A stretch of DNA of 64,000 nt from an uncultured Alphaproteobacteria bacterium (lineage in GTDB: Bacteria > Pseudomonadota > Alphaproteobacteria > HIMB59 > GCA-002718135): the NCBI GenBank assembly GCA_902597015.1, contig CACJWQ010000006.1, forward strand, positions 3,513-67,512, written 5' to 3'. The stretch's first letter is position 1, and each line of letters opens with the position of its first letter. The position numbers and the translations under genes are program-made. Shown here one piece after another: positions 29,520 to 40,013 of the stretch. Under the pieces are notes generated by a model. It was not told the DNA's origin. It made no database searches and worked only from the letters and a program-made list of their open reading frames with translations.

Positions 29520-31130
29520 ATGATAAAATCAACAGTTAATCAATTTGCAAATTCTCTTGGATTAAATAAGGACGAATATATTCCAAAGGGAAAAGCTTCC
29601 TTTTCACTTTTTAAAATTGAAATTCTATCTGGATTAACTGTTGCAATAGCACTTGTTCCAGAAGCAATTGCTTTCGCATTTGTAGCAGGTGTAACTCCAC
29701 TTTCAGGATTATATGCTGCTTTTATTGTAGGATTAGTAACTGCAATTTTTGGTGGAAGACCTGGAATGATTTCTGGAGCAACAGGAGCATTAGCTGTGGT
29801 TATGGTGTCATTAGTATCGGAACATGGAGTCCAATACTTATTTGCCACTGTAATCCTGATGGGAATTTTACAATTTCTTGCAGGTATTTTTAAATTAGGA
29901 AAATTTATGCGCATGGTTCCTCAACCTGTAATGTTAGGTTTTGTAAACGGTTTAGCTATCGTAATTGGTTTATCTCAATTGCATCAATTTCAAATATATA
30001 ATTTTGATGGAACATTTACATGGATGTCTGGAGAGGTGCTTACATATTCTTTAGTATTAGTTTTCTTAACCATGTTGATCATATGGTACTTACCAAGGGT
30101 TACTAAATTCATTCCATCTACATTAGCTGCAATTCTTCTAGTTACTTTTCTAGTTTTACTTTTAGATTTACCCGTTCCAAGAGTAGGGGATTTAGCAAGT
30201 GTAGCAGGAGGACTTCCAAATTTTTCTATTCCAACAGTTCCACTTAATTTAGATACTTTTTTCATTATCTTTCCTTACGCAATTATTTTGGCTGCCATTG
30301 GACTAATTGAAAGCTTGTTAACTCTTAATCTGGTAGGAGAAATTACTAACAAAAAAGGTGGAACTAGACAAGAATGTTTAGCGCAAGGTGTCGCTAATGG
30401 TATCACAGGCTTTTTTGGAGGTATGGGTGGTTGTGCTATGATTGGACAGTCAATGATAAATGTGAAATCTGGAGGCAGAACAAGAATTGCTGGCATATCA
30501 GCAGCAATTTTTTTACTAATTTTTATTCTTTATACTTCAAATTTAATTGAACTTATTCCAATAGCATCATTAGTAGGGGTTATGTTTATGGTCGTAATTG
30601 GAACATTTGCTTGGAATTCACTAAAATTATTATTTGTTGTCCCTCGATCGGATGCATTGGTAATTGTTTTAGTTACTTTAATAACTGTATTAGAAGATTT
30701 AGCTGTTGCTGTAGTTGCTGGAGTTATTATTAATGCATTAGTATTTGCTTGGAAATCTGCTTCAAGAATTAGAGCAATTGAGAGACAATCAAGAACAGAA
30801 AAAGGTGCTAAGGTATATGAAATTGAAGGACCTCTTTTTTTTAGTTCCACTAATAGTTTTTTAGAAATTTTTAAACCTTCCGCAGATCCTAATTTAGTAA
30901 TTATAGATTTTGCAAATTCAAAAGTTATTGATCAATCTGCTTTAAAAGCAATTGAGGATATTGCAGAAAGATATTCCAAATTAGGCAAACAAGTAAAGTT
31001 AAGACATCTTACGAAGGACTGTCACAGCCTTTTAAGAAAAACAGGTCAATTGATAGTTGATAGTGATGATGATCCTGATTATGGAATTGCAGTTGATTAC
31101 GGTGTTAAATTAGGAATTTTTGGTAAATAA
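29520..31130 (+). CDS. SulP/SLC26 anion transporter with STAS domain
   Basis: LVPEAIAFA, GGRPGMISGA, GGCAMIGQS, GPLFF STAS. Confidence 0.93.
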   Translation: MIKSTVNQFANSLGLNKDEYIPKGKASFSLFKIEILSGLTVAIALVPEAIAFAFVAGVTPLSGLYAAFIVGLVTAIFGGRPGMISGATGALAVVMVSLVSEHGVQYLFATVILMGILQFLAGIFKLGKFMRMVPQPVMLGFVNGLAIVIGLSQLHQFQIYNFDGTFTWMSGEVLTYSLVLVFLTMLIIWYLPRVTKFIPSTLAAILLVTFLVLLLDLPVPRVGDLASVAGGLPNFSIPTVPLNLDTFFIIFPYAIILAAIGLIESLLTLNLVGEITNKKGGTRQECLAQGVANGITGFFGGMGGCAMIGQSMINVKSGGRTRIAGISAAIFLLIFILYTSNLIELIPIASLVGVMFMVVIGTFAWNSLKLLFVVPRSDALVIVLVTLITVLEDLAVAVVAGVIINALVFAWKSASRIRAIERQSRTEKGAKVYEIEGPLFFSSTNSFLEIFKPSADPNLVIIDFANSKVIDQSALKAIEDIAERYSKLGKQVKLRHLTKDCHSLLRKTGQLIVDSDDDPDYGIAVDYGVKLGIFGK

Positions 31131-31586
31131 CTAAAACTCTAATGATCCTTGAACAGAATACTGTAAAATATTTACAATCTCATCAACGTTTTTAGTAACA
31201 GCAAGTGCTGCTGCATCTACTTCTTTTAAAGCATGTTGATGTTCATCACTATGCATGATTATGAGAGATTTATTCAAGGCTGATGCATATCCTGCATCAA
31301 AAGCAGCATTCCATTGTTTATATTTCTCACCAAAACGCACTATAACTATATCTGCTTTTTCAATCGAATTTCTAGTTCGTATAGCATTTATTTTAGCTCC
31401 TTTGTTATCGTGCCAAAATTTTTTTTCTTCTTCACCAAGTATTTTTACACCAACATCATCTGATAATTCATGATTGGTAGTCGGGCTTGAAAATTCTATT
31501 TCTAAATTCTTAGATTTACATTTATCTATAATCTCATCTCGCCAATTAGTATGAATTTCACCAGATAAATAAACTTTTAATTTCAT
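31131..31586 (-). CDS. YtoQ-family protein (nucleoside deoxyribosyltransferase-like fold)
   Basis: VYLSGEIHTNWR, FGEKYKQWNAAFDAG, HALKEVD. Confidence 0.85.
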   Translation of the reverse strand: MKLKVYLSGEIHTNWRDEIIDKCKSKNLEIEFSSPTTNHELSDDVGVKILGEEEKKFWHDNKGAKINAIRTRNSIEKADIVIVRFGEKYKQWNAAFDAGYASALNKSLIIMHSDEHQHALKEVDAAALAVTKNVDEIVNILQYSVQGSLEF

Positions 31587-31594
31587 TTTTTAAA

Positions 31595-32365
31595 TTAACC
31601 TAAGTATGCCGCAGTTAAAACTGGAAAACTTGTAAATCCGAAATTACCTACTTTTTCAGATTTATTTAATTGTTTTTTCCAATCATCTACTTTGTCTTCT
31701 GAAACACCTTGGCTTAAAGCAAACTTACTTAACATAGTTTCATAAAAAATTGCTGGTGAATTATTATCTCTATTTGTAATTAAATACGATAAATTTTGAG
31801 AACTTATATTTTTATATCCAAGTTTTTTTAATTTACCATTCAAATCAAGTGGAAGCATTTGGTGAAAACAATGGGCTCTAAACGCCTCATGGATGAGATC
31901 ATTAATTTCTTTTTCCGGTCCATAAAATCTAAAATAGTCCCAGAGAATTGAGACATTAACAAATTTAGAATTATTTTTAGAAATTCTTTTTATTTCTTTT
32001 AAGGATGTATCTATATCTTCGATATATTCTAATGTTTGAGTAGCTGTAATTTTATCACATGAAGCATCTTCTATATTGATTTCATCGGCTGTAGTACAAA
32101 TAAGTTCCACATTATTTTGATCTTTACATTTATCACTTGCAACATCTAACTGATCTTGACTGGGATCAATTCCTATTACTTTGCCTTGTTCTCCAATAGA
32201 TAATGAAATTTCTTGGACTAAATGACCACCACCACAACCAATATCGATAACAGTTTCATTAGTCTCTAAATTTAGGGCATTTACAATAGCTAGTCTTCGT
32301 GAAACTCCAGCATAACCATTCGCTATTTTTTGTTGAATAATACTAGTTTCATTATCAAATTTCAT
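31595..32365 (-). CDS. Class I SAM-dependent methyltransferase
   Basis: VIDIGCGGG motif I, GIDPS, QTLEY. Confidence 0.85.
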   Translation of the reverse strand: MKFDNETSIIQQKIANGYAGVSRRLAIVNALNLETNETVIDIGCGGGHLVQEISLSIGEQGKVIGIDPSQDQLDVASDKCKDQNNVELICTTADEINIEDASCDKITATQTLEYIEDIDTSLKEIKRISKNNSKFVNVSILWDYFRFYGPEKEINDLIHEAFRAHCFHQMLPLDLNGKLKKLGYKNISSQNLSYLITNRDNNSPAIFYETMLSKFALSQGVSEDKVDDWKKQLNKSEKVGNFGFTSFPVLTAAYLG

Positions 32366-32414
32366 TTTATTATTTTTCTTATATATTTTTTAGTTATATA
32401 AAAAATACATATAA

Positions 32415-32825
32415 ATGGAATATCAAATAACAAAAATATTAATTATTTCTTTTTTTAGCTCGATATTAATTTCGTTATTTTTAAACACAAGATATATTAT
32501 TTTTTTTAAAAAAATTTCAAAAAATAAAAAAATCTTATTAAATTTATTTATTTATTCTTTTTCTTCTTTGATATTGATTTTTATTAATTATTTGTTGAGT
32601 ATAAATGGATTAACTTCTTTAATAATTTTTAATGCTGCAATCATTACACTTATATACTTTGAATTAGCTTTATATTTAGAAAAAGTTTTTTGGGATGATT
32701 TTTTAGGAAATTCACTCCCTAAATCAATCAATATGCTTATTAGTTTTGTTGTAATGATGAATTTTGGTTATTTTACTCTTATGTTTTACATAAAGATTTT
32801 AGATATTGATTATTTTGTCACATAA
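32415..32825 (+). CDS. Hypothetical membrane protein (about 4 TM)
   Basis: Open 136-codon frame filling an otherwise empty gap; hydrophobic segments. Confidence 0.55.
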   Translation: MEYQITKILIISFFSSILISLFLNTRYIIFFKKISKNKKILLNLFIYSFSSLILIFINYLLSINGLTSLIIFNAAIITLIYFELALYLEKVFWDDFLGNSLPKSINMLISFVVMMNFGYFTLMFYIKILDIDYFVT

Positions 32826-32915
32826 ATATCATTGTAAATTAATATACAAAATACTTACAATTTTTATGAAATAATATTTTCATATTTATAAAATATTTAT
32901 TATTAATAATTTAGT

Positions 32916-33614
32916 ATGAATAAAGTTTTGTTTGTATTACATCAAAAAACTTCAGTTCCAGGAGATGTAGGAAATAAATTTAGAGATAGGGGATATGTTG
33001 CTGAAATATGTAGACCACCTTTAGGTGAAGAACTTCCTTTAAATATTAACCAATACTCAGCTATAGTTGTATTTGGTGCACCAGGAAGCATAAACGATGA
33101 AGATGAATATATAAATAAAGAATTAGAATGGATAAACAAAGTTATAAAAACTGACATTCCTTATCTTGGAATTTGTTTTGGCGCGCAGTTATTAGCTAAA
33201 TGTTTAGGTTCAGAAATAACAACTAATAAAGACGGGCTTTCAGAAATTGGTTTTTATAAAATTGAACCAACTGAAAATGCAAAAAATCTTTTTAATTCTC
33301 AAAAGATTTTTTTTCAATTCCATTCTGAAGGATTTTCTCTTCCTACAGGCTGTGAGTTATTAGCAAGGGGTGATATTTTTAATAATCAAGCTTTTAAATA
33401 TCAAAATTGTTATGCTCTCCAATTTCATCCAGAAGTAAATTTTAAACTTCATATGAGATGGCTGTATTTAGTATTATTAAAAAATCCTAAAAAATTATTC
33501 GTCAAAGGTGCTCAAAATATATTTGTTCAACTTTATTATCGTTACAAATATAATAAAAATATATCAAATTGGTTAGATTCATTTTTAGATCAGTATTTTT
33601 TAAAAAAAACTTAA
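32916..33614 (+). CDS. Class I glutamine amidotransferase-like protein
   Basis: GICFGAQ nucleophile Cys, QFHPE His-Glu. Confidence 0.88.
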   Translation: MNKVLFVLHQKTSVPGDVGNKFRDRGYVAEICRPPLGEELPLNINQYSAIVVFGAPGSINDEDEYINKELEWINKVIKTDIPYLGICFGAQLLAKCLGSEITTNKDGLSEIGFYKIEPTENAKNLFNSQKIFFQFHSEGFSLPTGCELLARGDIFNNQAFKYQNCYALQFHPEVNFKLHMRWLYLVLLKNPKKLFVKGAQNIFVQLYYRYKYNKNISNWLDSFLDQYFLKKT

Positions 33615-33626
33615 ATGCTAATATAA

Positions 33627-34385
33627 GTGAAAATTAAAAACCTATATTTTTCACCTGTAAAATCTCTTTCTTTCAATAATGTAGATAACTTAGAGATAAT
33701 TAAAAATATTGGTATAAAAAATGATCGAATATTTGCTTTCACTAATAATCTTAAACTTCAAGATATAGAATTAATAAAAAATAACCCTTTAAAACGAGAA
33801 ATATATAAATTTTTATCACTTAAAAAATATCCTGAATTAAATCAATATAATTTTTTATTAGAAAATAATTTTTTAATACTAGAATTTGAAAATAAAATAA
33901 TTTTAAAAACAGATATTGATAATCAAAATGAAGTAGAAATCTTATGTAATAAACTTGCAGATATTTTACCAAATATAAATAAAATTAATTTATTAAAAGA
34001 TAGAGTGAATCCTTTTTTTGATACAATGCCAAATAAATCAATATCATTAATAAATTTAAACAGTATTAAAGACTTTGAAAACCTATCTAATCATCAAGTT
34101 GAACATGAGCGTTTTAGAGGAAATATATATGTAGAAGATTTAGATAAATGGGAAGAAAGGAAGCTGGTAGGTAAAGTTTTATCAATCAATGATATAAAAT
34201 TCAAAGTTATTAAAGAAATTCCCAGATGTTCAGCAACTAATATTAAGCCCAAAACTTCTGATATAAATCTTAATATTCCTTTAAACCTAAAAAAAATATA
34301 CAACCATATAAATTTAGGAATATATTTAGATCCTTTAAATAATGGTAAAATAAATAAAGGTGATCTTGTTAAAATTAATGAATAA
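33627..34385 (+). CDS. MOSC-domain protein
   Basis: SPVKSL, DRIFA, RFRGNIYV, PRCSATN. Confidence 0.85.
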   Translation: MKIKNLYFSPVKSLSFNNVDNLEIIKNIGIKNDRIFAFTNNLKLQDIELIKNNPLKREIYKFLSLKKYPELNQYNFLLENNFLILEFENKIILKTDIDNQNEVEILCNKLADILPNINKINLLKDRVNPFFDTMPNKSISLINLNSIKDFENLSNHQVEHERFRGNIYVEDLDKWEERKLVGKVLSINDIKFKVIKEIPRCSATNIKPKTSDINLNIPLNLKKIYNHINLGIYLDPLNNGKINKGDLVKINE

Positions 34386-35502
34386 ATTCTTATTAAATCA
34401 TTCAGAAAAACTTACAGGATATCTATTAATTTTTCCTGCTGTTTTAATAATCAGTCTATTTGGAATTTTTCCTGTTTTTTTTGGAATGTACATGAGTGTA
34501 CACAAGTGGAAAGTTTTTAAAGGGAGATTTTTAGGATTTGAGAATTACCAAAGAATACTTGGAGACATACCAGCTTTTTGGTTATTTGTTTTAGGATTAT
34601 TATTGTTGATATTGAGTTATGGACTGTGGAGTGAATTTAAAAATAAAGTAAAAAATAAAATCTATTTAGCATTTTTATCTATAGCAATATTAATTATCGG
34701 AATAATATTAATTAATATCAACTGGGAAAAAATGCTTTTAACAGGTGATGAAGACTATCTTTACTCTCTTATTTATACTTTTTATTATTCGTTTTTCACT
34801 ATAATATTTGAGGTTGGATTAGGATTAATAATAGCATTTGCTTTGTATCAAAAATTAGCTGGTAAACAATTCTTTCAAATGATTTTACTATTTCCTTACA
34901 TTACTCCAGCAGTAATGGGTGCTGCAGTATTTTTTTTAATATTTGGTAAAGCTGAAAATTCTTTTTTAAATCAACTAATAGGAATATTTGGTTTTGAGCC
35001 TCAAATGTGGTTATTTGATAAAAGACCTATTACCGAAGTTTTATTTGGTATCAAAATAGAAGGTCTACTAGCTGGACCAAGTTTAGCTCTAATGTCATCA
35101 ATCATATATGGAATATGGTCTTATACTGGCTACTATGCAATAATTTTACTAGCGGGATTATCAATTATACCCTCTGATTTATATGAGGCTGCAAAAGCAG
35201 AGGGAGCTAGTAGATGGCAAACATTTATTAAGATTACTATACCACTATTAATGCCTATTATATTTTTTCTAATGTTGACTGGTTTTATAAATACCTTTCA
35301 AGCTTTCAATAGTATTTTTGTTATGCAAACTTCTTCTGCTGGAGATACAATGGATGTTGTTACAATAGAAATTTTTGATCATTTTTGGGGTAGGGTGAAA
35401 TATGGTTATGCTGCAGCTGAAGGAGTAATTTTATTTATACTTCTAAATATTTTAGCAATATCGCAATATGTAATTTTTAGAAAAAGGTTAAGTTATGACT
35501 AG
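34378..35502 (+). CDS. Carbohydrate ABC transporter permease
   Basis: GFENY, LYEAAKAEGA EAA loop, YGYAAA; ATG 34378. Confidence 0.9.
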   Translation: MNKFLLNHSEKLTGYLLIFPAVLIISLFGIFPVFFGMYMSVHKWKVFKGRFLGFENYQRILGDIPAFWLFVLGLLLLILSYGLWSEFKNKVKNKIYLAFLSIAILIIGIILININWEKMLLTGDEDYLYSLIYTFYYSFFTIIFEVGLGLIIAFALYQKLAGKQFFQMILLFPYITPAVMGAAVFFLIFGKAENSFLNQLIGIFGFEPQMWLFDKRPITEVLFGIKIEGLLAGPSLALMSSIIYGIWSYTGYYAIILLAGLSIIPSDLYEAAKAEGASRWQTFIKITIPLLMPIIFFLMLTGFINTFQAFNSIFVMQTSSAGDTMDVVTIEIFDHFWGRVKYGYAAAEGVILFILLNILAISQYVIFRKRLSYD

Positions 35503-36340
35503 AATTATTAATGCTGAAACAAGGATACCTTATTTAATTTTATTAATAGTTTTTATTATTTCAATTTACCCATTTTTTTACATGATATCCACATCATTGA
35601 TGACAGCTGGAGAAGCATCAAATCAATATTTATTTCCAAAAAAATTGATGTTTGAAAATTATTATGAAGTTTGGACATCTAATAGATTCCAACGTTATAC
35701 ATTTAATAGTTTAATAATAAGTTCAATAATAGTCATTGGTGTTTTATTAACTAGTATTCCAGCAGCATACTCTTTTGCTAAAATAGAATTCCCATTTAAA
35801 AATATCATATTCTATATGTTGTTACTTTCATTGATGATTCCAGAAATCATTACATTATTACCTCATTTATTAATTATTAGGGGGGAAATTATTCCATTGC
35901 CATTTGGACCTTCATGGATGAATAGTCTTCAAGGTTTAACAGTTCCATTTATGGGAAATATTTTTGTAATTTTCTTATTAAGACAGTATTTTAAAAAAAT
36001 ACCAAATGAATTATGGGATGCTGCAAGACTTGATGGATCTTCTCATTTAAATTTTTTACTTAAGGTAGTAATCCCAATGAGCAAACCTATTATAGTGACA
36101 GTCTCTTTATTTACTTTTATTATAGCGTGGAATAGTTTTGCTTGGCCTTTACTTATATTAACTAGGGATGATTGGTATCCTGTAACAGTTTCTATCTATA
36201 GTTTTGTTAGAGAAGTGGGGCCTAATTTTAATTTATTGATGGCTGCTTGCTTAATTGCAATTTTCCCAATTCTAGTATTATACTTTTTTACTCAGAAGTT
36301 ATTCATAGAAAGTATATCAAACTTTGGATTAAAAGAATAA
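35495..36340 (+). CDS. Carbohydrate ABC transporter permease
   Basis: FENY, AAYSFA, ELWDAARLDG, WNSFAWP. Confidence 0.9.
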   Translation: MTRIINAETRIPYLILLIVFIISIYPFFYMISTSLMTAGEASNQYLFPKKLMFENYYEVWTSNRFQRYTFNSLIISSIIVIGVLLTSIPAAYSFAKIEFPFKNIIFYMLLLSLMIPEIITLLPHLLIIRGEIIPLPFGPSWMNSLQGLTVPFMGNIFVIFLLRQYFKKIPNELWDAARLDGSSHLNFLLKVVIPMSKPIIVTVSLFTFIIAWNSFAWPLLILTRDDWYPVTVSIYSFVREVGPNFNLLMAACLIAIFPILVLYFFTQKLFIESISNFGLKE

Positions 36341-36409
36341 ATTAGTAAATTTTTTGTAACAAAACTTTAATTTTACCTCTATATTATTTAATAATTTTAC
36401 GGGGTGATT

Positions 36410-37744
36410 ATGAAATTTTATAAATATATTTTAAATTTCTTCTTAGCTTCTTTATTTTTTATTTCCTCGCAATCATTCGCAATTACTGCAGAAGATATTG
36501 AAAATGCAGATCCTTCAGGTCAAACTGTTGAATTCTGGGTACAATATTCAGATGAAAGATTAGATGCAATGATGGCAAGAGCTGAAAGATTTGAAGCTGA
36601 AACAGGAATAAAAGTTAATGTTGTTCACAAAGGACATTATGGGAAAGTTCAATCCGCTATGATGTCTGCTGCTGGAACAAAAGATATAGCTGACGTTGCA
36701 AGAGGTTATGGTAACGCTGCTGCAGATATGTACTTAATTGGCGCTTCAATTGATCAAAATATTTTAGCAAATAGTAAAAAATGGGGTGTTTCTCAAGATG
36801 ACATTGAAGATTGGGGTGCTAACTGGACTGTTGGCTTTTCTCCATATTTTGATGGTAATCCAAAACTATTGCATGAAGTTGGAAAATCAATAGAGATTCT
36901 TTATTTCAATGCAGATTGGTTAAAGGAACTAGGTTTAGATGTTCCTAAAACGCCTACTGATTTTGCAGAAGCAGCCTGTGCTGCAACCAATCAAGATTAT
37001 AGTGGTAAGATGGGTGAAGATGTTCCAAGTTATGGATATGAAATAGATACAGATGCAAGTAACTTTGCAGCATGGGTATTTGCTCATGGAGGTGATGTAT
37101 TTGACTATGATAATGGTCAGTATATTTACAATGGCCCTAAAGCTATTGAAGCTATGGAATTCATTCAAGGAATGGCTAATAAAGGATGTGCAATAGTTGC
37201 AAGAGGTAAATACACTGACCAGCAATACTTAGGACAAGGTTCTGTTTTATTTGCTGCTGGATCTACTTCTGGTATCACTTATTTTCAGAAAGCCATTGAA
37301 GAGGGTTATAATGGTAATTGGGATGTAGCTCCATTATCATACACCACTAGTGAACCAGTGCTTAACTTATATGGCGGTGGTTTAATTATGGGAAATTCAG
37401 GCGATGCTAATAGAATGGTTGCAGCATATCAGTGGATGAAATATATTTCTAATACTGAGAACTCAGCAGTTTGGTCAACTGAAAGTGGATACGGTTTTGT
37501 TAGAACCTCTTCTGCAGATCATCCATTAATTGCTGAAAAAAGAGCTGAATTACCTCAATATGATAAATCATTAACAATGGTTCAATACGGAAAAGGTGAA
37601 CCATCTGTGCCTGGTTATTATTCAGTTAGAGGAGAGGTTGAAAAAGCTTATGCAGCAATCATTAATGGTGATGATATTATTTCAACATTAAATCAATTAA
37701 ATGAAGATGCTAATGCAATATTAGCTGATGCAACTGCGGAGTAG
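36410..37744 (+). CDS. ABC transporter solute-binding protein (family 1, UgpB/sugar-like)
   Basis: Signal peptide, LYFNADWLKELG, PKTP, WSTESGY; follows two permeases. Confidence 0.88.
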   Translation: MKFYKYILNFFLASLFFISSQSFAITAEDIENADPSGQTVEFWVQYSDERLDAMMARAERFEAETGIKVNVVHKGHYGKVQSAMMSAAGTKDIADVARGYGNAAADMYLIGASIDQNILANSKKWGVSQDDIEDWGANWTVGFSPYFDGNPKLLHEVGKSIEILYFNADWLKELGLDVPKTPTDFAEAACAATNQDYSGKMGEDVPSYGYEIDTDASNFAAWVFAHGGDVFDYDNGQYIYNGPKAIEAMEFIQGMANKGCAIVARGKYTDQQYLGQGSVLFAAGSTSGITYFQKAIEEGYNGNWDVAPLSYTTSEPVLNLYGGGLIMGNSGDANRMVAAYQWMKYISNTENSAVWSTESGYGFVRTSSADHPLIAEKRAELPQYDKSLTMVQYGKGEPSVPGYYSVRGEVEKAYAAIINGDDIISTLNQLNEDANAILADATAE

Positions 37745-37765
37745 TTTAATTATTTTACTTTTATT

Positions 37766-37792
37766 AAGGGTGGTTTATACCACCCTTTTTTT
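37766..37792 (+). terminator. Intrinsic terminator/hairpin after solute-binding protein gene
   Basis: AAGGGTGGT-TTAT-ACCACCCTT followed by T tract. Confidence 0.8.
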
Positions 37793-38353
37793 ATGATAAT
37801 TGTTTGTTCTCTTAATGATCTATCGAATGTGTGCGAAAGCATACAGCCTAAATATGTTATATCAGTTATTGACCCAGGATATGCGCCAGAAACACCCAAG
37901 GGTGTAAAAAATCATTTAAAGTTAGGATTTGATGATATCATTGAAATTAGTAGCAATAATAAAATATTTCGATTGAATACTGATGAAATACCACAAATAC
38001 TTCCCGGGAAAGAGCATGTAAATTCAATAGCTAATTTTACTTCTACATATACTTATGATGAAGATATCGTTATTCATTGTTGGTGTGGTGTCTCAAGATC
38101 AATGGCAACAGCTACCTATTTACTATGTAGAGAAAACAAAACTAATATTGAAAATACAATTAAATATATTCGTAATCTTGCACCACATGCAAACCCAAAT
38201 AAATTAATGATAAACCACTTTGAAAAAAAATTAGATGTAAGCAATCAAATCTCAAGCTCATTTTTAAAATTTCCTTATACTAAAACATACGATTGTTCTT
38301 CAAATTTTGCACCTGTTACTTTATTTGATATAAAAGACATCGAGAAAAACTAA
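37793..38353 (+). CDS. Protein-tyrosine-phosphatase-like protein
   Basis: HCWCGVSRS (CX5R), LGFDDI, ANPN. Confidence 0.85.
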   Translation: MIIVCSLNDLSNVCESIQPKYVISVIDPGYAPETPKGVKNHLKLGFDDIIEISSNNKIFRLNTDEIPQILPGKEHVNSIANFTSTYTYDEDIVIHCWCGVSRSMATATYLLCRENKTNIENTIKYIRNLAPHANPNKLMINHFEKKLDVSNQISSSFLKFPYTKTYDCSSNFAPVTLFDIKDIEKN

Positions 38354-38868
38354 TGAAAGAATACGTACGAACAATTGCTGATTATCCTGTCAAAGGAATT
38401 CAATTTAGAGATATTACAACGTTGTTGCAAAATGCAGGACACTTTAAACAAGTCATTGATGACATGGTAAAACCATGGCAAAATAAAAAAATAGATGCAG
38501 TTTTAAGTATAGAATCTCGTGGATTCATTATGGCAGGGGCAATAGCTTATTTTTTAAATGCAGCATTCGTTCCGTTGAGAAAACCTCATAAACTTCCATT
38601 TGATACTTTCAAAGTCTCATACGATTTAGAATATGGATCAACTGAAATGCATATTCATACAGATGCTTTAGATGCTCATAAAGACTTACTAATTATTGAT
38701 GATCTTTTAGCAACAGGTGGAACTGCACTTGCGGCAGTAGAATTAATAAATAAGTTCAAAAATAAAAATATTGTCGGAGCAGGCTTTATAATAAATTTAC
38801 CTGAATTAAATGGTGATAAAAAAATAATTGAAAAAGGAATAGAAGTACATTCTTTAATGGAGTTTTAA
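38353..38868 (+). CDS. apt: Adenine phosphoribosyltransferase
   Basis: GIQFRDIT, ESRGF, YDLEYG, DDLLATGGT. Confidence 0.96.
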   Translation: MKEYVRTIADYPVKGIQFRDITTLLQNAGHFKQVIDDMVKPWQNKKIDAVLSIESRGFIMAGAIAYFLNAAFVPLRKPHKLPFDTFKVSYDLEYGSTEMHIHTDALDAHKDLLIIDDLLATGGTALAAVELINKFKNKNIVGAGFIINLPELNGDKKIIEKGIEVHSLMEF

Positions 38869-40008
38869 ATGAGAAATGCAGTTATTGTGGGTTACAAAAG
38901 ATCACCTTTCACTTTTGCTCGTAAGGGAGAAATGGCTAATATTAGACCTGAGGACATTCTATCACAAACAATAAATCAATTACTTAATGAAATACAAATT
39001 AATAAAAATGACATAGAGGACATTATTACTGGATGTGCGTATCCTGAAGGAGCACAAGGTAATAATATTGCTAAAATTGTTTCATTCATGACAGATATGC
39101 CAGAACATGTAGCAGGTATGACAGTAAACAGATGGTGCGGCTCTTCAATGCAAGCTATTCATGATGCAACTGGTGCGATTGCAATTAACTCTGGTGACGT
39201 TTTTTTATGTTGTGGTGTAGAAAGTATGACATTTATACCTATGAATGGTTTAACATACGATCCTCATCCTCAATTAAATAAAGATAATCCTAATGTATAT
39301 ATGTCTATGGGTATTACAGCCGAAAATGTTGCAAAAAAATTTAATATTTCTCGAAAAGAACAACAAGATTTTGCTATTAGCAGCCATTCTAAAGCTAATT
39401 TAGCTAGAGAATCAAATTTGTTCGACAATGAAATAGTTTCTATTACAAATAAAGATGAGAAAATTAATAAAGATGGTGGAATTCGACCTAACACCTCTCA
39501 TGAAATTTTAGATGGATTAAAACTTGCTTTTGATGAGAATGGAACAGTTACAGCTGGTACAGCGTCACCATTAACAGATGGTGCATCAGCAGTAATTGTC
39601 TGTGAGGAAGAATATGCAAAAAAAAATAATTTAAATATTTTAGCTCGTATCAAATCTACAGCTGTAGTCGGTTGTCCTCCAGAATTAATGGGCCTTGGTC
39701 CAATTAATGCATCCAAAAAAGCTCTTAAAAGAGCTAATTTATCTATTAACGATATTGATATTGTGGAACTAAATGAGGCATTTGCTTCTCAATCTATAGC
39801 ATGTATTAAAGAGTTAAATATGGACACAAGTAAAGTAAATATACATGGTGGAGCAATAGCATTAGGTCACCCTTTAGGCGCTACTGGAGCAAGGATTACA
39901 GGCAAAGTTGCAACTTTATTGCAAAATAATAATAAAAAGTATGGATTAGCGACACAATGTATAGGTTTAGGTCAAGGTATTGCAACTGTGTTAGAAAATA
40001 TTAATTAA
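38869..40008 (+). CDS. Acetyl-CoA C-acyltransferase (thiolase)
   Basis: NRWCGSS, NEAFA, GHPLGATG, CIGLG. Confidence 0.94.
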   Translation: MRNAVIVGYKRSPFTFARKGEMANIRPEDILSQTINQLLNEIQINKNDIEDIITGCAYPEGAQGNNIAKIVSFMTDMPEHVAGMTVNRWCGSSMQAIHDATGAIAINSGDVFLCCGVESMTFIPMNGLTYDPHPQLNKDNPNVYMSMGITAENVAKKFNISRKEQQDFAISSHSKANLARESNLFDNEIVSITNKDEKINKDGGIRPNTSHEILDGLKLAFDENGTVTAGTASPLTDGASAVIVCEEEYAKKNNLNILARIKSTAVVGCPPELMGLGPINASKKALKRANLSINDIDIVELNEAFASQSIACIKELNMDTSKVNIHGGAIALGHPLGATGARITGKVATLLQNNNKKYGLATQCIGLGQGIATVLENIN

Positions 40009-40013
40009 ATATC

